From Bdellovibrionia bacterium (GTDB lineage: Bacteria; Bdellovibrionota; UBA1018): a DNA stretch of 13,190 nt. Made by a program: the position numbers and the translations under genes. The notes under the pieces are model-generated. The model did no database searches. It worked only from the letters and a program-made list of their open reading frames with translations, and had not been told where the DNA came from. The stretch spans positions 1-13,190 of the forward strand of contig JBMSSC010000077.1 of the NCBI GenBank assembly GCA_049424145.1. The letters run 5' to 3'. This document shows, piece by piece, positions 6,837 to 13,190 of the stretch (position 1 is its first letter; every line of letters starts with the position of its first letter).

Positions 6837-7898
6837 GTGAGCTCTGAGTTCAATTCCCCCTCTCGCACGGCGCAAGTCATTCTTAAACACTTCTTTCTAG
6901 CAACTCTCATTGTTGCAGCCGAGCTTATTATTTTCTCGATTCGCTGGATCCTACTCCTGTTTGCCATTGGAATCGGCATTGGAGTGATTCTCGCTCCGAG
7001 CATCACCTGGATTGAGAAAAAACTCAGAATCCCTCGATTCTTAGGCACCCTATTTTTTATCCTGAGTGTCACCGCATTTTTAGCGATCACCTCCTATTTG
7101 AGCTTTGACTTACTCTCGGAGCAAGCGCTCTCTGCTCAAAGGCAATTTCCTCTTCTGCTGGCTACGCTCCGAGAAAAAAGCAACCAGCTCCAAGCGCAAT
7201 ACCCAGCCTGGATTCAATTCATGGAGGGACTCAATTTCGGTGCTGCCTTTTATTCTGCCAGTCAACATCTACTGAAGGGCTTTCAATTGGGCGCCTCAGT
7301 GGTGGCAGGAGGAATCCTCGTGATCGTCATCGCTCTTTATACAGCAAACGCACCTCATTCCTACTTAGAGGGAGTGCTCTGCTTGATACCTCCTCACCTA
7401 CGCTCCTTGACTCAAGAAACGTTGGAGGCCGCCGCAGATTCACTTCGCCGATGGTTTCAGGCTCAGCTTCTTGCAATTGGAAGTGTGGGGGTCTGCACCG
7501 CCGTAGGGCTTTGGATTCTGGGCGTGGAGTATTGGTTCTTAATTGGAGTCATTGCGGGCGTATTAGATATCATTCCCTATGTTGGATCCATTTTGCCTGC
7601 CTCAGCTGCACTTTTCTTAACCCTGGCCAATCACCCTGAAAAATTCATCTGGGTCCTTGTGCTCTTTATCGTGATCCATCAATTCGAAAATCATCTCCTG
7701 ATTCCGACCGTGATGAAACACCAAATGGACTTCCCCCCTCTCTTACTGATCTTTTTTATGCTCATCATGGCCAACTGGTTTGGGATCTTAGGGATCCTCA
7801 TCACAACAGGACTGTTTTCAGTGCTCAGAACTCTCTATTTAAAACTCTATGTCCCTTGGATTTCAGCCGATCACCGACTCAGCACTGAGGCCACCTGA
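6837..7898 (+). CDS. AI-2E family (PerM/YhhT) membrane transporter
   Basis: 353-aa polytopic membrane protein with LRRWFQAQL, IAGVLDIIPYVGS, HQFENHLLIPTVM and a C-terminal FGILGILI, matching AI-2E family motifs. GTG start. Confidence 0.9.
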   Translation: MSSEFNSPSRTAQVILKHFFLATLIVAAELIIFSIRWILLLFAIGIGIGVILAPSITWIEKKLRIPRFLGTLFFILSVTAFLAITSYLSFDLLSEQALSAQRQFPLLLATLREKSNQLQAQYPAWIQFMEGLNFGAAFYSASQHLLKGFQLGASVVAGGILVIVIALYTANAPHSYLEGVLCLIPPHLRSLTQETLEAAADSLRRWFQAQLLAIGSVGVCTAVGLWILGVEYWFLIGVIAGVLDIIPYVGSILPASAALFLTLANHPEKFIWVLVLFIVIHQFENHLLIPTVMKHQMDFPPLLLIFFMLIMANWFGILGILITTGLFSVLRTLYLKLYVPWISADHRLSTEAT

Positions 7899-7941
7899 TG
7901 ACTTCCAACCCCCTCCTATGGAAACAGGGGAGATCTCGAAT

Positions 7942-8607
7942 TCACTGACCTTGTGACGTTTGAGCGAAATCGGGAAGATAAGGACCAGGCAATAGACCCC
8001 GACCTTCGAGTTCAAAGAGCTGATGATTAGCAGCCCGACACACATCATGAGCAGAATCAGAACTCGAGTGAAGGACTTGATGAAGGGCTGAGGAAATCAA
8101 TAACCCTAAAAGGCCAGCTTGACCACCTTGATCAGGTACAACCAAAACATGACTTCTGCCTTCCCAAAGAACAGCGCCATCTCGGGCAGAAACAAGTCGT
8201 GCACTCACACCCACTTGAATCGATTGACTCACGACTTGATAAGTCGATCCGTATTCGTCAATCGTGATATAAAGAACTGCATCCGGATGAATGATCTCAT
8301 TGATCTTCGCTAAGCTTGCTTGATGCATTTCCCCTGGGGTGGGAAGACCATTTTCTTTCATCATCTGATCAATCACAGCCACCGGAAATACGTAGTACCC
8401 CTTTTCTGCGATGGGATGAGTCACGGTCGAGAGATAGCTGTAGGTGGCCCGCACATCGTTGCTTCGATTCAAAGGGGGTAAGACCAGAATCGTTTTGGGG
8501 CGCTGCTGACGATAGAGGGAGTAATCGACGGGCTGAACCGTTGCACAGCCAAAACTTCCCAAAAGCAGGATGAACGTGAGCACCTGGAGTCGCTTTAAAT
8601 AGTTCAT
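7942..8607 (-). CDS. DUF799 / GNA1162-family lipoprotein
   Basis: Lipobox SFGC, PKTILVLPPLN, PIAEKGYYVFPVA, DAVLYITIDEYG, ARLVSARDGAVLWEG. Third gene of the CsgG-DUF4810-DUF799 trio, with an ATGA overlap at 8604-8607. Confidence 0.88.
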   Translation of the reverse strand: MNYLKRLQVLTFILLLGSFGCATVQPVDYSLYRQQRPKTILVLPPLNRSNDVRATYSYLSTVTHPIAEKGYYVFPVAVIDQMMKENGLPTPGEMHQASLAKINEIIHPDAVLYITIDEYGSTYQVVSQSIQVGVSARLVSARDGAVLWEGRSHVLVVPDQGGQAGLLGLLISSALHQVLHSSSDSAHDVCRAANHQLFELEGRGLLPGPYLPDFAQTSQGQ

Positions 8608-8951
8608 GAGGATTTCAACTTCCTTAAAAATCGATCCATGAGAGGAGCCGAACCGGGAAAGCGTTGTTTCTCCCGCTCAAAGCTCCGTCTCGCCTGATCG
8701 AATTGCCCTGTTTCAAAATAAAGAAACCCAAGATGAGCGTAAAACCCTGGAGGGAGTGCTCGACCCTGAGCGCTCGCTTTTTGTTCATCTTTTTCCAGAA
8801 TCTGAATCTGCGCTAAAGGAGGCCATTCTCCAGGCTTCAAGTAGGAGCGATATAAAACCTCTTCATACTGACCCCAGTAATACAGGGTCGGGCTAGCGCA
8901 TGCAGATCCAAAACAAGCCACAAGAAGGGCCAACGCCCAGCTCTGATTCAT
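8604..8951 (-). CDS. DUF4810-family TPR-like lipoprotein
   Basis: Lipobox-like GSAC, LYYWGQYE, PPGFYAHLGFLY and FEREKQRFPGS. It has ATGA overlaps with both neighbours. Confidence 0.88.
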   Translation of the reverse strand: MNQSWALALLVACFGSACASPTLYYWGQYEEVLYRSYLKPGEWPPLAQIQILEKDEQKASAQGRALPPGFYAHLGFLYFETGQFDQARRSFEREKQRFPGSAPLMDRFLRKLKSS

Positions 8952-9628
8952 GAGCGACTCGGGCTCCAGTGGCCTTGCTCCAAGCCTTCTACAAGACGAT
9001 CCACGGCTTCACGCAAAGCAAGATCAAGAACTTTCCCATTCAGCGTCGAGTCATAGCCTGACCTTCCACCAAACCCGATGACTTCGCGATCACTCAAGGC
9101 GTACTCGCCTGCACCCGACACAGAAAACACCACTTCCGAAGTCAGAACGTCCACAACCTGAAGAGTCACTTTAGAGTATGCAATTTGACTTCTCCCGCTC
9201 CCTAAAATTCCAAATAACTGGCGATCTCCAGTCTCTTTGCGACCAAATTCAGTCACATCCCCTGTGATAATAAAATCCCCTGCTTTGATTTTTTGAGTCT
9301 GTCCCTTGAGCTGCGCTTCGTTTGACATCTGAGAGGCATGATCTCGATCCATCACGGAGAAACGACCCGTTCTTTGAAGATGAGCCATGAGCAAAGTCTT
9401 CGCCTGATTTCGAAGTAGATCTGGACCCTCTGTAAATAGGCCTCGCATGTAGTTGGAGTGATTATCAAAATGCCCCACAACAATCGGACTTTTTGGACCT
9501 GAGTAACTGCGGGCTGTTTGAAAAGATTGAGACTGCTTGACTTCGACATTCCGAAAGGATTCGGTTGCACAACCGGAGAACAAAAGCATCACACAAAAAC
9601 CACTGACTGAGATCCAATTTGCCATCAT
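8948..9628 (-). CDS. CsgG/HfaB-family lipoprotein
   Basis: Lipobox FSGC, VVGHFDNHS, LQRTGRFSVMDR, FIITGDVTEFGRKETG, VDVLTSEVVFS and GYDSTLNGKVL. Shine-Dalgarno GAGGTG upstream. Confidence 0.9.
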   Translation of the reverse strand: MMANWISVSGFCVMLLFSGCATESFRNVEVKQSQSFQTARSYSGPKSPIVVGHFDNHSNYMRGLFTEGPDLLRNQAKTLLMAHLQRTGRFSVMDRDHASQMSNEAQLKGQTQKIKAGDFIITGDVTEFGRKETGDRQLFGILGSGRSQIAYSKVTLQVVDVLTSEVVFSVSGAGEYALSDREVIGFGGRSGYDSTLNGKVLDLALREAVDRLVEGLEQGHWSPSRS

Positions 9629-9827
9629 TTTGATTCACCTCGGACCGGAACACTAATCGCTTTTCGAATAAAAAAAAAGAGTTAACTTAGTTTTTTTAAA
9701 CTTTTAAAGTGTTCAATTATTTTTAACAAAATAAAATGAAATAGATTGATCTTTAGACTTCATGATACCGACGACCAAAAAACGCTCTAAGTTCAACAGG
9801 ATTACCAGACACTGAGCGCATCTTCTC

Positions 9828-12452
9828 TTACTTCTTGCAGAGAACTTTCCTAAGCAGATGACACCCAAAGACACTACCCAGGCCTACCAAACAACAAACC
9901 CCAAGATCTCTCCACTGAAGGGGAGCAAAAGCAAATCTTGCTCGTAAAAACTCAAAAGACAAGACTGAGAATAAAAGAACGGACGCGACTGCAGCAACCC
10001 CTATGAGAATCCAGTTCTGAGACCCACCCATCATGGATTGACTCGAGGACCCCGCCCCACTCCCCCGCCACGATCGACTCAGAAGAATCACAGCCCCTTG
10101 AGAAAAAATCAGAGTCGTAAAGGTCATCGTTCTTCCATAACAGTCTCCCAAGGAATGCCTGAGAGAAAAAAAATAAACCCCAAAGAGCGCCATTAAAACG
10201 CTCAGGCCTTCAAGAAGAGTCGATAAAACTTCCTCTTTAGAAAATAAAATCGCCTGGGATTTTCTCGGAGGACGACTCATTGCCTCAGGCAGTGCTGGAT
10301 CAGATTCAAAGGCAATCGTACAAACAGGTTCAATCATGAGGTGTAAGAACGCAATATGAACAGGATGAAGGACCAGCGGCCACTGAAAAACGGCAGGCAA
10401 TACAGAAATCCCGGCAATTGGCAAATGAACACTGAGAAGATACAAAAAAGCACGCTTCAAGTTGGCTTCAATTCTCCGTCCCAGTCGGATTGCCTCGACG
10501 ATGGAACCAAAATCATCCTCCATCAAAATGAGCGATGCTGCCTCGCGAGCCACTTCAGTTCCACGTTGTCCCATGGCAATCCCAATGTGAGCACTCTTTA
10601 GGGCCGGTGCATCATTCACTCCGTCCCCAGTCATCGCAACGATTTCACCTAGCTTCTTGAGCGCCTCAACAATTTGGAGCTTTTGATCCGGCATCACTCG
10701 AGAAAAGACCCTCACTGTTTGAACAGCAGAGTGGAGCTGATCCTGACTCATGGCCCGAAGCTGTTGTCCCGTCACGACTTCCCTTCCCTGCGTAATCCCA
10801 ATACTCTGAGCCACACGGATTGCCGTACTGGGGTGATCCCCTGTCATCATCACGACTCGAATCCCCGCTTGTTGGCACTCACGGATCGCCTCAGGCACCT
10901 GGGGACGAATCGGATCAACCAAGCCCACGAAACCCAAAAACTGAAAGTCGAAATCCTGCTGTTTACCGGGGAGCACGCAGGCTTGAAGCTGAGCCTTAGC
11001 CACACCTAAGACCCTCAATCCAACGCTTGTCATCTCCTCCACTTGTGCTAAAAGCTCAGCCGTATCATTCTCGCCCAGCCGGCAAAGACTTAAGATCGCC
11101 TCAGGTGCACCCTTAGATCCCACCTGATAGCAGCCTTTTTCCTCCGTTTGCCAAACCTGAGAGATCGACAACAACTCGGGAGCCAGGGGGTACTCTTTTT
11201 TCAAGCTCCAGCTCCGATGCAAGTGCTCGGTCCCTCTGAGGTAAAGAAGTGCTGCACTCTGAAACGCCTGATCCATGGGATCAAATCCATCTTCATGACT
11301 GGCTAAAAACCCAAACTCCAAGAGTTCATGAAACGCCTCGGGCAGCTCACCAAGAGGAGCTTGAGAGAAGTCAAGCACCTCGACTTTCTTGGCGCCCTTG
11401 GCTTCAGCAGAACTCTGATCACCCCGGTAACGAACCAGACGCTCAATGGCCATTTGATTCCAAGTGAGCGTGCCCGTCTTATCCACACAAAGAACGGTGG
11501 CTGCTCCTAAACTCTCCAGCGCTGACTTCTTACGCGTGAGAACTCCAGCCTGAGAAACTCTCCACGATCCCAGGGCTAAAAAAACCGTTAACACAGCGGG
11601 CAGTTCATTTGGGAGGATAGCCATCGCGAGAGTCAGCCCAGCCAACAGCCCATCTAAAGCGCTGCCTCGAGTCACTCCATAGGAGACCATCACCACGCAA
11701 CAGAGGCCCACGGCAATCCATGCACTCACTCGAACCCAAGCAACCGTCTGAAGCTCAAGCGACGTGGGCTCAGGAAGGATGCCTTCCATGGATAGACCAA
11801 TCCTTCCCATTTGGGTCTGTAAACCTGTAGCCAACACTCTCATCACGCCATGACCACGCACCACAGCCGAGCCCGCAAAAAGATGTGCAGAGCGATCCTG
11901 ATTGTCTGGAGAAACGGACTCTTTTTTTTCTACAGCCCACGACTCGCCCGTGAGCACGGACTCATCGAGCGCAAGAGCCCAAGATAAAACGACTCGCCCA
12001 TCGGCAGGCACTCGGTCGCCTTCCTGAATCACCACTAAATCGCCAATGACCACCTGAGCAGCGGAGATTTGTCGTTTTTTTCCATCTCGAATCACCCACG
12101 CCCTTGGACTGGCTAACTGCCTCAGTCCCGCCATGGCCTGATCCGACCTCCTCTGCTGATGGACCGTGATCACTAAAATGAGAACAAAAAACCCAATCAG
12201 CACCCAGGCTTCAGTCGGATCTCCAAGCGCAAGATACAGCAACCCACAGCCCAAGAGCAAAAGAACCATGGGTTCTTTCAATAACTCGAGTAAAAAATCA
12301 ACGAGCCGTCTTGGTCTTGGCTTCCAGATGGCGGAATCACCCTGCTTCTGCAAACGTCGCAGGGCTTCGCGCTGAGAGAGTCCCGTGAGATCTCCAAATT
12401 TTTGATCATGTTCCCCAGTTGACGCACCCGGACTGAAAGACTCCCCGACCAC
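9828..12452 (-). CDS. Cation-translocating P-type ATPase, type II-like
   Basis: DESVLTGES, DKTGTLT phosphorylation motif, KGAPE, TGDH and GDGVNDAPAL. The start is probably GTG 12452 (GAGGTG 6 nt upstream) rather than GTG 12461. Confidence 0.93.
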   Translation of the reverse strand: MVGESFSPGASTGEHDQKFGDLTGLSQREALRRLQKQGDSAIWKPRPRRLVDFLLELLKEPMVLLLLGCGLLYLALGDPTEAWVLIGFFVLILVITVHQQRRSDQAMAGLRQLASPRAWVIRDGKKRQISAAQVVIGDLVVIQEGDRVPADGRVVLSWALALDESVLTGESWAVEKKESVSPDNQDRSAHLFAGSAVVRGHGVMRVLATGLQTQMGRIGLSMEGILPEPTSLELQTVAWVRVSAWIAVGLCCVVMVSYGVTRGSALDGLLAGLTLAMAILPNELPAVLTVFLALGSWRVSQAGVLTRKKSALESLGAATVLCVDKTGTLTWNQMAIERLVRYRGDQSSAEAKGAKKVEVLDFSQAPLGELPEAFHELLEFGFLASHEDGFDPMDQAFQSAALLYLRGTEHLHRSWSLKKEYPLAPELLSISQVWQTEEKGCYQVGSKGAPEAILSLCRLGENDTAELLAQVEEMTSVGLRVLGVAKAQLQACVLPGKQQDFDFQFLGFVGLVDPIRPQVPEAIRECQQAGIRVVMMTGDHPSTAIRVAQSIGITQGREVVTGQQLRAMSQDQLHSAVQTVRVFSRVMPDQKLQIVEALKKLGEIVAMTGDGVNDAPALKSAHIGIAMGQRGTEVAREAASLILMEDDFGSIVEAIRLGRRIEANLKRAFLYLLSVHLPIAGISVLPAVFQWPLVLHPVHIAFLHLMIEPVCTIAFESDPALPEAMSRPPRKSQAILFSKEEVLSTLLEGLSVLMALFGVYFFSLRHSLGDCYGRTMTFTTLIFSQGAVILLSRSWRGSGAGSSSQSMMGGSQNWILIGVAAVASVLLFSVLSFEFLRARFAFAPLQWRDLGVCCLVGLGSVFGCHLLRKVLCKK

Positions 12453-12527
12453 AAAAAGCACCTCTCAATTGAGACTCAAGTACCGCGAGGGAGTCTCCTT
12501 TCCATTCTTTGTGCCAGAGAGGTCCAA

Positions 12528-13190
12528 TCAGCTCGAGAGCAACTGAGAGGCTGTCTGAAACACGGAATCAAAAAGAGGCTGAGTGAGCTTACCTGTGAAG
12601 GTGTTTTGTTGGCTCGGATGAAACGACGTGAGGAGCCAACGATTCTGCGCAAGAGGAAGCTTGAGACCATGAGTGAATTTCGGTTTTTTTTCAAACTCCA
12701 CAGGGGTGAGATGGGGCCAAAGGGTGTCATAGGAATATTGACCCAGTGCGAGAAAGACCCGAGCTGAAGAGAGTGCCTCCAGCTCCTGTTTTAAAAACAC
12801 GCTACAATTTTTTTGTTCCTGAGGAAGTGGGCGATTTCCCGGAGGAGCACATTTCACCACACACGTCACAAAGGCGTTTTTTAGCTCAAGTCCATCGTCA
12901 CGCCCCAGAGACTCGGGTTGATTTGAAAATCCGAATTGAGCCAAGGCTCGATACAGCCACTCGCCCGAGCGATCCCCAGTAAACACCCGACCGGTGCGAT
13001 TGGCCCCATGAGCAGCCGGAGCTAACCCGACGATCACCAACTCAGCGGCCCAATCTCCAAACCCTGCAACGGGCTTTCCCCAATAGCTCTGACTGAGATA
13101 AGCCCTACGTTTCGTTTGGGCCACTTGGGAACAATAGTTGCGCAGCCGCTCGCATTGCTCGCACTGCGTGATTCGATCGATCAGCGCTTG
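12528..13190 (-). CDS. udgB: Uracil-DNA glycosylase family 5 (UdgB-like, 4Fe-4S); 5' end lies outside the window
   Basis: GLAPAAHGANRTGRVFTGDRSG, KCAPPGNRP and HPSQQNTFTGKLT. The frame stays open to the window edge, adding QALIDRITQCEQCERLRNYCSQ with the CxxC cluster ligands, so the track's 13124 start is internal. Confidence 0.92.
   Translation of the reverse strand, partial: QALIDRITQCEQCERLRNYCSQVAQTKRRAYLSQSYWGKPVAGFGDWAAELVIVGLAPAAHGANRTGRVFTGDRSGEWLYRALAQFGFSNQPESLGRDDGLELKNAFVTCVVKCAPPGNRPLPQEQKNCSVFLKQELEALSSARVFLALGQYSYDTLWPHLTPVEFEKKPKFTHGLKLPLAQNRWLLTSFHPSQQNTFTGKLTQPLFDSVFQTASQLLSS

Noticed and set aside
7942..9628. Curli secretion system or a novel lipoprotein system
   Set aside because: There are no csgA/B/E/F genes or curlin repeats. 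The CsgG/HfaB-DUF4810-DUF799 trio is a widespread known gene arrangement.
1189..12982. Remaining 60-116 aa ORFs nested in or antisense to the long genes
   Set aside because: They are shadow frames of well-supported CDSs with no independent evidence.

Overview
Bacterial chromosomal window of about 13 kb with moderate GC. The many signal-peptide and lipoprotein genes are compatible with a Bdellovibrionota/Oligoflexia-like diderm, but that is inference only. Left to right: a probable rRNA-operon leader running off the left edge on the minus strand (UP element, promoter, hairpin, boxA); a DUF4097-like beta-repeat protein; queE; an exported beta-barrel protein; tRNA-Cys(GCA) with its promoter and terminator. 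The tRNA is followed by an att-like signature (IHF-like tandem repeat and three 11-bp-period repeats) with no integrase in the window. Next is a convergent pair: an ERI1/KapD-like DEDDh 3'-5' exonuclease, possibly with a signal-peptide-bearing long isoform, and a secreted Cys-rich protein whose C-terminus carries a Pol-beta-type nucleotidyltransferase motif resembling polymorphic-toxin tips. The remainder is an AI-2E transporter, the CsgG/HfaB-DUF4810-DUF799 lipoprotein trio, a type II-like P-type ATPase with non-canonical ion-binding residues, and a family-5 uracil-DNA glycosylase cut by the right edge. The best novelty candidate is the NTase + DEDDh pair just downstream of the tRNA. All family assignments come from motif recognition, not database searches.
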